DNA from: Desulfuromonadaceae bacterium
Lineage (GTDB): Bacteria > Desulfobacterota > Desulfuromonadia > Desulfuromonadales > Desulfuromonadaceae
Direction of reading: 5' to 3'
NCBI GenBank assembly: GCA_049975505.1
Contig: JBNGCY010000001.1
Coordinates: 41,149 to 105,148 of the forward strand
DNA: 64,000 bases
The position numbers and the translations under genes are program-made. Shown in pieces: positions 20,841 to 32,147 of the stretch; the first letter of the stretch is position 1, and the number at the start of each line of letters is the position of its first letter. Below the pieces are notes generated by a model that saw only the letters and a list, made by a program, of their open reading frames with translations, made no database searches and was not told the DNA's origin.

Positions 20841-23800
20841 TTAACATTCGCACCAGGCATCGCAGGCAGGAAAATACAATCCGGCCCGACAGCGCCTGTC
20901 CGGTTCAAGTCGTTGCATAAGAGCGACATAGCGTTCCAGTTGAGGAGCATACATGCTGCGCTGGCGCTCGAGAAAGATATCCAGTGCTTCCCCATTTTCA
21001 GGCAGTGCACTTTTGTAGTCAATAATCCAGCGCACCCCGGTTGTCGCATCCACAAAGGTGCGATCCACTACGCCGACTACCGTTTCCCCGTCATACATGC
21101 CGCAAACTTCAAATTCAGCTGCTGCCTGCGAATGGGAGGCGAGAATCCATGTGCCGGTTTCACTTTCAATGCTGCGCATGAGCATTTGAAGACAGGATTG
21201 CGCCAGAGTATCCGCATCAGCAACATAACCCTCAAGCTGGAAACGCCGGGATATCTCTTCACGTAATGTATGCAGATACTCCGGATTCTGGCGCGACTTA
21301 TCTCCACTTAAACAGGCGAGATATTCATGAACCACCGTGCCGAGAACAGCGCTGCGGCGCATTGCGGCTGAGGTATGTCGATGCTCTGACGAGGTTGCGG
21401 ATATTTGAGGGAGCAATGCCTCAGTACCGGATGTGGCATAAGGAGGAAAGGAATTCAGCGGCAGCCGTTTCAGCACCGAAGTGGTTTGAACCACGTTGTT
21501 TTCCTCATCATCCTCGCTGGTATTCCGGATCGAAGAAAAATAACCGCTGCATACCGGCCACAGCAGTTGGAGCAGTGAACCACGTTGCGGCGAGGGTTCT
21601 CCGTCTGAGTTCAGAGGAGCGTGGGCATAACAGTATATTTTTCTGCGTGCTCTGGTCAGGGCGACATACAACAGGCGCACGCTCTCGTATTCCTCTTTGC
21701 GCTTTTCCATGCGCTCAAGCATGGCATAAACCGGATCAGAATCTGAAGCACCTCTCCCGGCTATCGGAGCAAGAAGAAGGCCGAAATTGGGGTCTTCCTC
21801 CCAGCGCAACATGGTTCTGGGGCTTCTGCCCGTTCGGCTCCCCAGACCGGGAAGAAATACGTGGTCAAATTCCAGCCCTTTGGCCTTATGGATGGTCATG
21901 ACATGCAAACGCACTTCAGGTCCGCCCTGAGCGCGGGCGTAGAGTTGTTTCAGTTGCTCTTCCAGACAGGAAAAATTTTCCACCTCTGCGCCATGCTCGC
22001 AACGCTCGAGGACAGTAGCGAATTGACAGAGGGTCTCACATTCCTGCGCACTCCAGCATTTATGTACCTGCAACTCTGCAAGGCATTCATCGCATAGCCT
22101 GCGCACAGACATGCGCCCGCGTAGCTGCTGATAGCGCACCAGAATTCCAGCCACATGAATAAAGCGGATTCGTGCACCCTCTTCTGCAAAGGGGATGTTC
22201 TCCGCTTCGTTCAGAGCGGCGGCTAGGGTGAAAAACCGGGATACATGCGTAAGATCCTCAAGCTTCAGGCCGCACCACGGGGCACGCAACACGCTCATCC
22301 AGCTGAGTTTATCTGCCGGATGAAGAAGTGTTTTCAGAACTGACACCGCATCGCGTACCAGCATATTATCTTTTAAGGGATCAATCTCCTGTGCCTGATA
22401 CGCTATCGCCTCACGTTGCAGCAACGCGGTTATGGAACTCAGATGGGAGCGGGAGCGCACCAGAATCGCTATATCTTCATCCGCCGAAGAGCTGAGTATT
22501 TCTTTGACTCGCTCCACTACCGCACGGGCTTCCGCATCCGCATCGGCATCGCTTTGCGCTATAAATTCCAGGGCCTCGCCAGCGGCGGGAATAACCGGAC
22601 AGGCGCGGGAAAATTTCACAGCCCCGCTTCCGGCGTGCTCATGTGGCGGGAAAATCGTGGAAAACCACTGATTGGTGAGTTCAACCACATTTTTCTGGGA
22701 GCGGAAGTTGGCCTGCAACTGCAGAGGAACCAGAGGTATCTGCCCAATCCCTTCGCTGCCGGCACGCAAAAACAGGCCCACCTCGGCCTCGCGAAAGCGG
22801 TAAATGGATTGCATCGGATCGCCAACAATAAAGAGGGTGCGCTCCCTGCTCTGATCCCAGGCGCTGGTCAGGGTTTCCAGGAGGCTGAACTGCAGCCAGG
22901 ATGTGTCCTGAAATTCATCCACCAGAATGTGTTCAATCTGCTGATCCAACTGGAGCAACAGCTCCGTAGGATTGCCGCTATCGACCAGGGCCTGGCGCGC
23001 ACTCAGGGCTATCTCGGTAAAATCGGCTTCAGAACTGGTGCGGAATTCCATCCAGAGCTGCGCCACCAGGCGTGGGAGCACCACCAGCATGGCACGCAGC
23101 ACTTCCCACGCCGTTTCCCGGTAGTGTGCTCGAGGTAATTCACTTACCTCATGCCACACCCCGGAATCGCCCCGATCGCGCAATGCTTCGATCAGCTTCA
23201 TGGCGATCTGTTTCATCGTCTTACTCTGAGGATCTTTCCCCGGTGGAAATCCGCAGTTTTTGTCGAGACGTTTGCGCCATTGTCCCTGTCTGGTGAGAAG
23301 CACAGAAGCCAGAGCCTGCCACTGTCCGAGGCTCGTTGCTTGTGGCGGGGGAAACTTCGCCCCCTGATATGTACACACGGGGCTGCTGCTGTCTGCACAA
23401 TGCTCTGCAGCATACACCCCCAGATTATGCAACTCACGCTTCATCCCTGCATCCAGAGATGCGTCCGCCTGTCTGAGCACTTCTTCAATCTTGAATTCCA
23501 GGTTCTGTTCCAGGGCAGTGCGCATCTGCCCGGGATCATCGAGAATATGCCGCATCCACTGATCCCGGCGCGCAAGAAGATCTACCAGCATGTTCTCAAG
23601 AATATCCGCGCGATTGTCTACATGCTGCAGGAGCATCTCCACTGCTGAACGGGTAGAGGGATCCAGGCGCCGGGTAAAGAGCAGCGCCCGAACCGCACTC
23701 TGATAGTACTGCTGAGGCAGCTCGGTTATACGTGGCAGGGCGCCCAAACGTGACAACCACGGCATCCGCCGCACCAGTTCGGCGTTGAGGCTGTCGATGG

Positions 23801-24179
23801 TCTGAATGCGCAGCTGAGACGGAGTCTTGAGGATGTTCCACTGTCGGCGCCTGTCGCGTTCCAGCACTGCAAGAGCCAGATTACGGGTGATGCGCTGATG
23901 TTCCGATAATTCAGGCGGTGCCGGTGATACCGCAGCGCTGATTGCCCCTACCACACGTTCCCGCATCTCGGCCGCGGCCTTCCGGGTAAAGGTTATAGCG
24001 AGAACCTCCCAGGGGTTATCGACGCGCGCGAGCATGACCAGAAAACGCTGAATCAGAAGCTCGGTTTTACCCGACCCGGCCGGGGCGCGTACAATGCAGG
24101 AGATCTCCGGATCGAGGGCACGTTTACGCGCCGCAGCATCACTCAGCCCGGCGCTGATGATTTTTTCCGATATGCTCAT
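20841..24179 (-). CDS. addA: AddA-type helicase-nuclease (UvrD/REP helicase + C-terminal PD-(D/E)XK nuclease)
   Basis: 1112 aa. Walker A APAGSGKTELL, UvrD-like helicase motifs and the C-terminal IIDYKS nuclease motif. 4-nt overlap with the upstream addB. Confidence 0.85.
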   Translation of the reverse strand: MSISEKIISAGLSDAAARKRALDPEISCIVRAPAGSGKTELLIQRFLVMLARVDNPWEVLAITFTRKAAAEMRERVVGAISAAVSPAPPELSEHQRITRNLALAVLERDRRRQWNILKTPSQLRIQTIDSLNAELVRRMPWLSRLGALPRITELPQQYYQSAVRALLFTRRLDPSTRSAVEMLLQHVDNRADILENMLVDLLARRDQWMRHILDDPGQMRTALEQNLEFKIEEVLRQADASLDAGMKRELHNLGVYAAEHCADSSSPVCTYQGAKFPPPQATSLGQWQALASVLLTRQGQWRKRLDKNCGFPPGKDPQSKTMKQIAMKLIEALRDRGDSGVWHEVSELPRAHYRETAWEVLRAMLVVLPRLVAQLWMEFRTSSEADFTEIALSARQALVDSGNPTELLLQLDQQIEHILVDEFQDTSWLQFSLLETLTSAWDQSRERTLFIVGDPMQSIYRFREAEVGLFLRAGSEGIGQIPLVPLQLQANFRSQKNVVELTNQWFSTIFPPHEHAGSGAVKFSRACPVIPAAGEALEFIAQSDADADAEARAVVERVKEILSSSADEDIAILVRSRSHLSSITALLQREAIAYQAQEIDPLKDNMLVRDAVSVLKTLLHPADKLSWMSVLRAPWCGLKLEDLTHVSRFFTLAAALNEAENIPFAEEGARIRFIHVAGILVRYQQLRGRMSVRRLCDECLAELQVHKCWSAQECETLCQFATVLERCEHGAEVENFSCLEEQLKQLYARAQGGPEVRLHVMTIHKAKGLEFDHVFLPGLGSRTGRSPRTMLRWEEDPNFGLLLAPIAGRGASDSDPVYAMLERMEKRKEEYESVRLLYVALTRARRKIYCYAHAPLNSDGEPSPQRGSLLQLLWPVCSGYFSSIRNTSEDDEENNVVQTTSVLKRLPLNSFPPYATSGTEALLPQISATSSEHRHTSAAMRRSAVLGTVVHEYLACLSGDKSRQNPEYLHTLREEISRRFQLEGYVADADTLAQSCLQMLMRSIESETGTWILASHSQAAAEFEVCGMYDGETVVGVVDRTFVDATTGVRWIIDYKSALPENGEALDIFLERQRSMYAPQLERYVALMQRLEPDRRCRAGLYFPACDAWCEC

Positions 24180-26845
24180 ATCTGTTCCTCATCTGTATCG
24201 ACATCTGCACTGTTGTCCCGAATGCGGCACAGAGGATGGAGCTCACAGAACTGGCATACCTGCGCATTTACGGGAGCCACGGCGGCATGTGCGGATGCAA
24301 CATCTTCAGCCAGTTGTTCGAGACCATGCTCCCATTGCTGCCAAAGACACTTCCACTCATCTTCGTTCATTCCCTTCAGCGGCGATGATCCCGCCGGAGT
24401 GTCTGCGTGAGACAGGCACACTCCTTTAACAGCGCACTCTCCCGCGCGCACCTGAGCGATTCCCACACCTGAAACAGGCTGGTGTTTGCCATACACCGCA
24501 TACATTGGCAGCTGCGGTTCGAGCAGCGTCTCGCCCACTATATCCTTCAAAGAAACTATTCCGGTTTTGTAGTCGATCAGAATCACCGAAGTATCGTGCA
24601 GATTCTCATCCACCCGATCCGCAACGGCCGTCAGGTGTAGAGAGCCTACCTGGAACGCATCGCGCTCTTCAACACTCAACACCCTGAATGGTGGGCGGGA
24701 ACGCTCAATTTCCAGCCACTCCAGAGCCAGATCAACCAGACGTCTGCGTTCCAATGCATGGAATTCCGCAGGAACACAGGCATTGCTGTTTTCTTCCAGA
24801 ATGGCAGCGCACATCTGCTCCAAAAAATTGCGGATATTCGCTTCATCACGCCGTAAAAGCTCTTCCTGGGTCTTGATTTCATCCCAGAAACGCTGTAGCA
24901 GCAGATGGAGCATGCTGCCGCGCACCCGCATATCCACCCCCTCAGACGGAGTCTCCAGGGCGCTGATCCGCATGCGATATCCGGCATACGCCTTAAATGG
25001 ACATGCTGCCTGTGCCTTGAGGAGGTATGTCCCCCCTTTAACCGCATAGGGGGGATTGTGTCCCTGATATTCAATCTCCAGGGGGATCCCGTGACTGTCA
25101 GGGACGACATCCAGAATCGCTGCCTTATCCGTAAAAGCACAGGTTTCCGGCAGATCTGACAAATCCTGTACTCCGCAAGCAGGCAAAGGCAGAAAAGGAC
25201 TCGGGGTGCAGGTGTTTCCATCCTCCGTACAGAGCGGATAACTGAATACCACCTCATCTGCGAGGGCGTGAAACTGCCGCATCAGGCGGGTGCTGAATTC
25301 GATTTCACGTTCCATGCTCGCACGCGGCATGGCGTGTTTTTTCTGCACCTGCACAGGGATAAACGTATTGCCGGCCAAAGGCGCAGGGAGAACCTGGGAG
25401 TGAAGCCCGCTCACCCAGACAGCATCACATGCAAGCGCCACCCCTTCGAGAAGACCCACAACCTGAAGGCGTCTATCGTGCGCTGCAGGCTGAAATACGC
25501 TGTCCTCACACAGGCGCACAAGCAGAAGCGCAGCATCCATGCGCGAGATATCCCCCTTAACAGCGCTGAGGGAAGAGATGCAGGGCAGAATCTGCTCATC
25601 CCAGGCCTGAAGTATCTGATAGGTTTCAGAATCGGGCGCATAATCCCCTGGCCATCCGGCCTTGTGCAATGTTGTGACAAAGATATTCGCCCATATTTGA
25701 GGATGGTGAAAGTCCCTGATGGCACATAATTCGCGCAGGGCACCGACAATAGCGTCTATCCCGCAGGTGCACAGGCCCTTGTGCTCCAGAAGCCGGACAT
25801 AGTTGTCCAGAGGGGCACGCGGCCTTAAACTCGCACGCAGCTGCGCATCCGCCTCGGCATGCCCATCCATGTGCCTGAGTCCTCCGGCAAGCCAGGGGGA
25901 GCGCAGGAGCGAACCAAGGGTATTGAGCTCCACAGGATCTTCGACCTGCAACAGTTTCAGAGCTGCATGAATTACGCCGTAATCACTTAAAGACCGCCCC
26001 AGGGATAGATTGAGTTCAACCTTATCCCCTGCGATCTCGTTTTCCTCTGTGCACGCGCGCGCATGTTCAGTGAAAATCTGCTCGAGCGTGGACGCATGGC
26101 GTTCAAGTTCGGGGACAACAATTCCGACCCGCTTTCCTGCCGTAATGTGTCTCAAGGCCCAGCTGATAGCATGTTGCAGTTCAGCCCGGGGATCGGCGCA
26201 GGAAAATACCCGGGTGCAGGCAAGGCGTGCATCAATCTGCGGCTCAACTATCCTGGTTCCCCTGAGTTGCAACACTTCGCACACGGAGCGTAATTGCGGG
26301 GTTACTTCATCAAATCCGACCAGCCACACCTCATCAGGAACCGGGATCGCCCCGGTGTCAAACTGGTTCCGCATAAATGTGCCCAGGCGTTGCTGATCCA
26401 GATAGGTATGGGTATCGCAGTATTCAAGATAGGCTGTACACCAGCGTTTAAATGCATGTTCCTCCGGAGTGGAGGCGGAGTAGGAGTCCGGTTCTACCAG
26501 ATGTTCACACAGCATGGCATAGGCTTTAAGCGCCTGCTTAACCGTGGCTCCGATCTGAAGCAGGGCATACTCCTGCTGTTTGAGATCGGCGCGGATAATG
26601 TCATACCACAGCACATCCTGCTGTGCCGGGTTGAGGAGCAAAGCGATGGAAGGATTGTGCATCAGACACCGGCGCCACCACAGTTGGGAGGTGAATATCT
26701 GCGGTACCGCCCAGGCATCAGCACCCTGCCGTTGCTGCCAGTGCTGATACTCCTCTTTCAGGGTACGGGTCATGCGCTGATTGACGGTAATTATAACGGC
26801 GCCGCGCTGAGCAGCAGCACAAATATCCTCTACTTGATACAACAC
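24176..26845 (-). CDS. addB: AddB-type subunit (inactive helicase-like N-terminus, PD-(D/E)XK nuclease with Fe-S Cys cluster)
   Basis: 889 aa with no Walker A motif. CPFKAY ... LIDYKTG ... CQFCELHPLC, a four-Cys plus nuclease arrangement typical of AddB. Confidence 0.8.
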   Translation of the reverse strand: MLYQVEDICAAAQRGAVIITVNQRMTRTLKEEYQHWQQRQGADAWAVPQIFTSQLWWRRCLMHNPSIALLLNPAQQDVLWYDIIRADLKQQEYALLQIGATVKQALKAYAMLCEHLVEPDSYSASTPEEHAFKRWCTAYLEYCDTHTYLDQQRLGTFMRNQFDTGAIPVPDEVWLVGFDEVTPQLRSVCEVLQLRGTRIVEPQIDARLACTRVFSCADPRAELQHAISWALRHITAGKRVGIVVPELERHASTLEQIFTEHARACTEENEIAGDKVELNLSLGRSLSDYGVIHAALKLLQVEDPVELNTLGSLLRSPWLAGGLRHMDGHAEADAQLRASLRPRAPLDNYVRLLEHKGLCTCGIDAIVGALRELCAIRDFHHPQIWANIFVTTLHKAGWPGDYAPDSETYQILQAWDEQILPCISSLSAVKGDISRMDAALLLVRLCEDSVFQPAAHDRRLQVVGLLEGVALACDAVWVSGLHSQVLPAPLAGNTFIPVQVQKKHAMPRASMEREIEFSTRLMRQFHALADEVVFSYPLCTEDGNTCTPSPFLPLPACGVQDLSDLPETCAFTDKAAILDVVPDSHGIPLEIEYQGHNPPYAVKGGTYLLKAQAACPFKAYAGYRMRISALETPSEGVDMRVRGSMLHLLLQRFWDEIKTQEELLRRDEANIRNFLEQMCAAILEENSNACVPAEFHALERRRLVDLALEWLEIERSRPPFRVLSVEERDAFQVGSLHLTAVADRVDENLHDTSVILIDYKTGIVSLKDIVGETLLEPQLPMYAVYGKHQPVSGVGIAQVRAGECAVKGVCLSHADTPAGSSPLKGMNEDEWKCLWQQWEHGLEQLAEDVASAHAAVAPVNAQVCQFCELHPLCRIRDNSADVDTDEEQI

Positions 26846-26861
26846 CTGATTTCAATTCCTT

Positions 26862-28373
26862 TCAGTAGTGCCGCCCGGCTGCCCTCTTCTCTGCTAAACC
26901 CGACCTGGATTCAGAAGGAAATCCCAGGCGATACAGCACGCCACTGTGCGCATCCGCGATATAGAGATTGCCGTGCGCAGATACAGCAAGTGCCGCGGGT
27001 TGCGCATATATTCTGGTAGGAGTGGCACAACCGCTGAGGATATCCACACCCCACCCGGTCAGACCGCCCGTGTTGTCGAGAGGAAGTGCAATAACCCTGA
27101 AACCCTGACGCTCAGGATCATCGGAACGCCCCAGCAGAGCAACGTAGAGCATGGAACGGTAACGCCGGGGGGCATTAAGATCAGTGCCAAAAGCGAGTGC
27201 TGCAGGAACACTGTGGGGCTGAAGGGTAACAAGAGGGGCTTTGGTATCCCGGCAGATCGTACGGGTGCCCAATTCCCGGTCCGGAATCTGAAAAGCGTAA
27301 CAGAACGGCCAGCCGTAGTCGGCTCCGCGTTCAAGGACATTGATCTCATCTGCGGGGGCATCAAAGCCCAGGGTTTCAGGGGCATCATCCGCGGCCCAGA
27401 TTTCACCGCTTTCCGGATGACGCTCCAGAGCCCGGGCATGATGCAATCCGGCGGCAAAAAGTTCCACCTTACCATCGGGATTTATTTCAAGTACTGCGGC
27501 CTGTTGCCACTGCATGCTCTCAGGATCTGTGTCCCCGGCAGCCACCGACAGATAGAGCGTGCCATCAGAAGTCACAGCCAGGGCGCGGCGCTCATCCGGC
27601 AGTGCCGGGGGCAGATCGGTGACAATATATGTACCGGATTCATGCCTGCGTGAATGTGGATTATCAATTTTCAGAACCGCGGTGCGTGTTGCCACATACA
27701 TACACCCTGAATGCCATGCCAGCCCCATGGGCTGATCCAGATCGGAGCGAAAAATACTCTTTCGCCATGACCACGCGCCAGCATCCTTCTCATCCGCTGA
27801 CGGTAGTTTTCGTTCCAGGCGATATATTGTACCGGTATCGGGCACAGACACATATAATGTGTCCATGGATCCTTCGGGAACAAATATCATGTCAGCCGCT
27901 CCATTAAGGCCGCTGGCGACTGCATGCAGATCCAGCCCTTCGGGAAGCCGGACTTCAGCTCTGCCTTCTTTTCCTCCAATTAAGATGGGATGGGCTTTAA
28001 CCTTAAAATGCGGAGGTTCCGGGACAGCTCCGGAATCAGGAGATATAGTGGCTTTATCATCCACGCGGGAAAGGTATTCTCCTTTTTTGAGATCCGGAGT
28101 TAATCTGTACACCTGAGCCAACCTCTGTTCATCCTGGGGCGACCACAGCCGTTCTGCACTCAGGTGCGCCAGGAGTACCGCCATGGGGATAGCCAGAAGC
28201 AGCATCCCCCTGCCCCAGCGCTTCCCGATAAGGGCCAGCGCAAAGCCCACTCCAAGCATGGCGAGAAAGAGCAGAAGCGGACATTTGAAGGAAAATGTCT
28301 CCACCCCGAACACCAGCAATGCCGAACCATACAACAGGAGCAGATACAGAACAAATTCAATTATCGCGCGCAT
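26862..28373 (-). CDS. membrane-anchored PQQ-dependent sugar/sorbosone dehydrogenase-like beta-propeller protein
   Basis: 503 aa. About 3 N-terminal TM helices. DEINVLERGADYGWPFCY resembles the soluble glucose/sorbosone dehydrogenase signature. The family call comes from motif memory only. Confidence 0.6.
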   Translation of the reverse strand: MRAIIEFVLYLLLLYGSALLVFGVETFSFKCPLLLFLAMLGVGFALALIGKRWGRGMLLLAIPMAVLLAHLSAERLWSPQDEQRLAQVYRLTPDLKKGEYLSRVDDKATISPDSGAVPEPPHFKVKAHPILIGGKEGRAEVRLPEGLDLHAVASGLNGAADMIFVPEGSMDTLYVSVPDTGTIYRLERKLPSADEKDAGAWSWRKSIFRSDLDQPMGLAWHSGCMYVATRTAVLKIDNPHSRRHESGTYIVTDLPPALPDERRALAVTSDGTLYLSVAAGDTDPESMQWQQAAVLEINPDGKVELFAAGLHHARALERHPESGEIWAADDAPETLGFDAPADEINVLERGADYGWPFCYAFQIPDRELGTRTICRDTKAPLVTLQPHSVPAALAFGTDLNAPRRYRSMLYVALLGRSDDPERQGFRVIALPLDNTGGLTGWGVDILSGCATPTRIYAQPAALAVSAHGNLYIADAHSGVLYRLGFPSESRSGLAEKRAAGRHY

Positions 28374-28382
28374 GTATTATAT

Positions 28383-29393
28383 CTATATCTGATTCCGTTC
28401 CTGGCCCAGATGCAGCCCCTTCTGAAGATAATTGACCACATAATCGAATACAGCTGCGTTTAACGAATGCTGCTCTCCACGATAACCTGCATTGTGGAGT
28501 TTGCTCACATCAGAGCAGGTATAGTACTGGTAGCGATCCCGCAGTTCTTCAGGCATCTCGATGTATTCAATATCCGGCTCCATCCCCAGGGCGGAAAAAA
28601 TCGCCCTGGCAAGATCATTCCAGGTATTGGCACTTGAACTGCCAACATTGAAAATGCCGTTTACCTCCGGATGTTTTAAGAAAAACAGGGTCATATCCAC
28701 TACGTCCTTGATATACACAAAGTCGCGTTTCTGTTCTCCATCCCCGTATTCAGGCCGATACGATTTGAACAGACTTATCCTGCCCCTGTCCATGATCTGT
28801 TCATATGCCTTGATCACCAGAGAGCGCATTTCCCCTTTATGATATTCATTGGGACCAAATACATTGAAAAACTTCAACCCCGCAATACTCCCGAGCAATC
28901 CTTCGCGGCGCGCCCAGAGATCAAACATATGTTTTGAATATCCATACATATTCAGAGGATGTAAGTGCTCAAGCTCAGACTCGGCATCCCTGAACCCGAG
29001 AGATCCATCTCCATAGGTGGCGGCGCTGGAAGCGTAGATAAAGCGGGCATTCACCCGGCGCGCATACAGAGCCAGGTGCTTGGTGTACTCAAAATTATTC
29101 TGGATCAGATAGCGCGAATCGGTTTCGGTAGTGGCGGAACAAGCCCCCATATGGAGGATGGCTTCGATCCCCTCTGCCCCGAAATCGCACAGATGCGGGA
29201 GTTCTTCTCCCTGAGCTAGACGCAGAAAATCATCTTTTTCCACATAGTCGGCATAACGCAAAGATGCGAGGTTACGCCACTTCTCCGAGGTTCCGAGAGA
29301 ATCGACAACCAATATATCCTCTCGCCCGAGTTGGTTCAGACGCCACACCAGGGCGCTGCCGATAAACCCTGCTCCGCCGGTAACAATAATCAT
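28383..29393 (-). CDS. hldD: ADP-L-glycero-D-manno-heptose 6-epimerase
   Basis: 336 aa. MIIVTGGAGFIGSALV Rossmann N-terminus, YGYSK catalytic motif, and HldD/RfaD-like length and sequence. Confidence 0.88.
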   Translation of the reverse strand: MIIVTGGAGFIGSALVWRLNQLGREDILVVDSLGTSEKWRNLASLRYADYVEKDDFLRLAQGEELPHLCDFGAEGIEAILHMGACSATTETDSRYLIQNNFEYTKHLALYARRVNARFIYASSAATYGDGSLGFRDAESELEHLHPLNMYGYSKHMFDLWARREGLLGSIAGLKFFNVFGPNEYHKGEMRSLVIKAYEQIMDRGRISLFKSYRPEYGDGEQKRDFVYIKDVVDMTLFFLKHPEVNGIFNVGSSSANTWNDLARAIFSALGMEPDIEYIEMPEELRDRYQYYTCSDVSKLHNAGYRGEQHSLNAAVFDYVVNYLQKGLHLGQERNQI

Positions 29394-29803
29394 AGTTCAG
29401 AAATCTCCTGTATCAGTGAAGTTCAGAAGCCAAGGTAATCTATAATAATAAATATTCGATAAATATCACGTTTTCTGTATACTATCACTGCAAACATAAA
29501 CGCGCAAACCGGTATCCACCAGGGTGCACTTAATCACAACCGGACAAGATTCATCGCTTCAAACCCTTTTAAGTCAGGCTAAACAGTGTTTTACATTTCA
29601 CCTGATGGCGTTGATTATTCTTGACAATTTCATTTATACAAGTCTATGTTCTTTTTTCAACAAGACTAAAAGTGCAAACATATAGCGCTACACCAGATGG
29701 CCCCCTTTTAATGGAATTATGCTCCCTTTCAATGACCTGTAAATATTCACAGCGTGGCGCGAATATTTTTTACCCTGACTAAAAAACTGAAAGGACACGC
29801 AAC

Positions 29804-32080
29804 ATGGCAAATAAACGTGAAGCTCTTGAATACCACAGCACCGGACGCAAGGGGAAAATTGAGGTCATTGCCACTAAACCCTGCCTAACCAGCCGCGATC
29901 TGTCTCTGGCATACAGCCCCGGTGTAGCTGAACCATGTCTTGAGATCGAAAAAAATCCCAAAGATGCCTATGAGTATACTGCCAAAGGTAATCTGGTAGC
30001 AGTGGTTTCCAACGGCACCGCCGTACTTGGTTTGGGAGATATCGGCGCGCTTGCGAGTAAGCCGGTCATGGAGGGAAAAGGTGTTTTATTCAAGCGTTTC
30101 GCCGATGTTGACGTATATGACATTGAGCTTGACACCAAAGATCCGGAAGAGGTTGTGCGCACGGTAAAACTGCTGGAGCCAACGTTCGGTGGCATCAATC
30201 TCGAAGATTTCAAAGCTCCGGAATGTTTCTATATTGAAGAACAGCTCAAAGAGCAGATGAACATCCCGGTGTTCCACGATGACCAGCACGGCACTGCAAT
30301 TATTGCCAATGCCGGACTTCTCAACGCCCTGGAAATAATCGGTAAGGATATTGGAAAAATCCGGATCGTAGTAAATGGAGCGGGTGCCGCAGGTATTGCA
30401 TGTGCCAATATGGCCCTTACCCTGGGAGCCAAACAGGAAAATATGATCCTGTGCGACAGTAAGGGGGTTATTTACAAAGGGCGTACCGAAGGGATGAATC
30501 CGTACAAGGAGCGCCTGGCTACAGAATCGAGTGTACGCACCCTGGAAGAAGCGATGGAAGGTGCGGACGTATTTTTCGGGGTTTCCGCCAAGGACGCTGT
30601 AACCCCGGAAATGGTCGCAAGCATGGCAAAAGATCCGGTTATTTTTGCCATGGCAAATCCAGATCCGGAGATCCTGCCAAGTGTGGCGTTGAAGGTACGT
30701 GATGATGTGATCATAGGCACCGGACGCAGCGATTTCCCCAACCAGGTCAACAACGTTCTGTGTTTTCCCTTTCTGTTCCGGGGTGCTCTTGATACCCATG
30801 CCACCGCCATCAATGATGAGATGAAGATGGCCGCGGTTAAAGCACTTGCCAATCTGGCTAAGGAGGATGTCCCCGATTCGGTTATTAAAGCCTACGGCAA
30901 CACCAAGTTCTCCTTCGGGCGCGACTATCTTATCCCCAAGCCGTTTGACCCGCGTGTACTCCTGCATGTGGCACCGGCGGTGGCGCAGGCAGCAATTGAC
31001 AGCGGAGTGGCTCAGACCCATATTGCTGATATGGTTAAATATACCGAATCCCTGGAAGCTCTGCAGGGGCGTTCCAAGGAGATCATGCGCACCCTTATCA
31101 ATAAGGCCAAAGCATGTCGTAAGCGCATCGTGTTCCCGGAAGGTGACCACGACAAGATTCTGCGCGCGGCCCAGATCCTCATTGATGAACGTATCGCGAT
31201 CCCCATCCTGCTGGGGCCGGAGCAGGAGATTATCAATAGCATCAAGCGTCTGGGTCTGGATCTGCACGGCGTGCATATTATCGATCCGCACGACAATCCG
31301 AAGACCAAAAAATACGCGGATGAGTTCTTCCGTCTGCGCCAGCGTAAAGGTGTCACCCTGGCCGAAGCGATCCGCACCATGGACAACGAACGCAACTACT
31401 ACGGTGCCATGATGGTGCATATGGGGGATGCGGATGCGATGCTCTCGGGTATCAACCATCACTACCCGGAAACCATTCGCCCCACTCTGGAAATTATCGG
31501 CAAACAGCAGGAGATCATGGGGGTTCACGGTCTGTATATGCTCGCATTCAAAAACCGCGTGGTTTTCTGTGCTGACACCACAGTGTGTATCGATCCGAGC
31601 GCGGAAGAACTTGCGGAAACCGCAATCCTTGCAGCCAACAAGGCACGCCATTTTGATGTGGAGCCGCGCATTGCGATGCTCTCCTTCTCCAACTTCGGCA
31701 GTGCCAATCACCCCTTCACCAGCAAGATCCGCAAAGCGACCCAACTGGTTAAAGAGTGGGCTCCAGAGCTTGTGGTTGAGGGCGAGATGCAGGCCAATGT
31801 CGCTTTTGATGCGGAAATCACCGAGCGCCAGTATCCGTTTTCCGCCATCAAGGGGGACGCCAATGTGCTTATCTTCCCGGATCTGGATGCGGGGAATATC
31901 GCCTATAAATTGTTAAACAAACTCGGAGGTGCCGAAGCGGTGGGACCAATCCTGATGGGGGTCAAAAAACCGGTACACGTACTCCAACGTGGTGACGACG
32001 TAAACGATATCGTCAATCTGGCTGCTGTGGCTGTCGTCGATGCGCAACAGGCGATGGAACAGGAAGTATATAAAAGCTGA
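29804..32080 (+). CDS. maeB: NADP-dependent malic enzyme (malic enzyme + phosphotransacetylase-like domain)
   Basis: 758 aa. The N-terminal malic enzyme has [19 protein letters not shown] and NGAGAAG motifs. The C-terminal PTA-like domain gives a MaeB-type architecture. Confidence 0.93.
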   Translation: MANKREALEYHSTGRKGKIEVIATKPCLTSRDLSLAYSPGVAEPCLEIEKNPKDAYEYTAKGNLVAVVSNGTAVLGLGDIGALASKPVMEGKGVLFKRFADVDVYDIELDTKDPEEVVRTVKLLEPTFGGINLEDFKAPECFYIEEQLKEQMNIPVFHDDQHGTAIIANAGLLNALEIIGKDIGKIRIVVNGAGAAGIACANMALTLGAKQENMILCDSKGVIYKGRTEGMNPYKERLATESSVRTLEEAMEGADVFFGVSAKDAVTPEMVASMAKDPVIFAMANPDPEILPSVALKVRDDVIIGTGRSDFPNQVNNVLCFPFLFRGALDTHATAINDEMKMAAVKALANLAKEDVPDSVIKAYGNTKFSFGRDYLIPKPFDPRVLLHVAPAVAQAAIDSGVAQTHIADMVKYTESLEALQGRSKEIMRTLINKAKACRKRIVFPEGDHDKILRAAQILIDERIAIPILLGPEQEIINSIKRLGLDLHGVHIIDPHDNPKTKKYADEFFRLRQRKGVTLAEAIRTMDNERNYYGAMMVHMGDADAMLSGINHHYPETIRPTLEIIGKQQEIMGVHGLYMLAFKNRVVFCADTTVCIDPSAEELAETAILAANKARHFDVEPRIAMLSFSNFGSANHPFTSKIRKATQLVKEWAPELVVEGEMQANVAFDAEITERQYPFSAIKGDANVLIFPDLDAGNIAYKLLNKLGGAEAVGPILMGVKKPVHVLQRGDDVNDIVNLAAVAVVDAQQAMEQEVYKS

Positions 32081-32100
32081 ACAATACTCATATTAACACA

Positions 32101-32147
32101 CCACAATAAAAGCCTCCGGATTTCTCCTCCGGAGGCTTTTATTGTGG
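32101..32147 (+). terminator. Rho-independent terminator after maeB (47-nt perfect palindrome)
   Basis: A 20-bp perfect stem (CCACAATAAAAGCCTCCGGA / TCCGGAGGCTTTTATTGTGG) with a 7-nt loop. The GC-rich inner stem is followed by TTTTATT. Confidence 0.8.

Noticed and set aside
29394-29803. 410-bp hldD/maeB divergent intergenic region as a hidden gene or ncRNA
   Set aside because: It has no ORF, no strong hairpin-terminator pair and no repeat. It contains only a plausible TTGACA-N18-TATGTT promoter at about 29621-29650, which fits an ordinary divergent promoter region.
30086-31744. 552-aa minus-strand ORF inside maeB
   Set aside because: It is antisense to a full-length malic enzyme and the translation has no recognisable domain. 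The same reasoning applies to 42484-43404, 43491-44525, 50273-51166, 59685-60233, 7014-7742 and 12154-12693.
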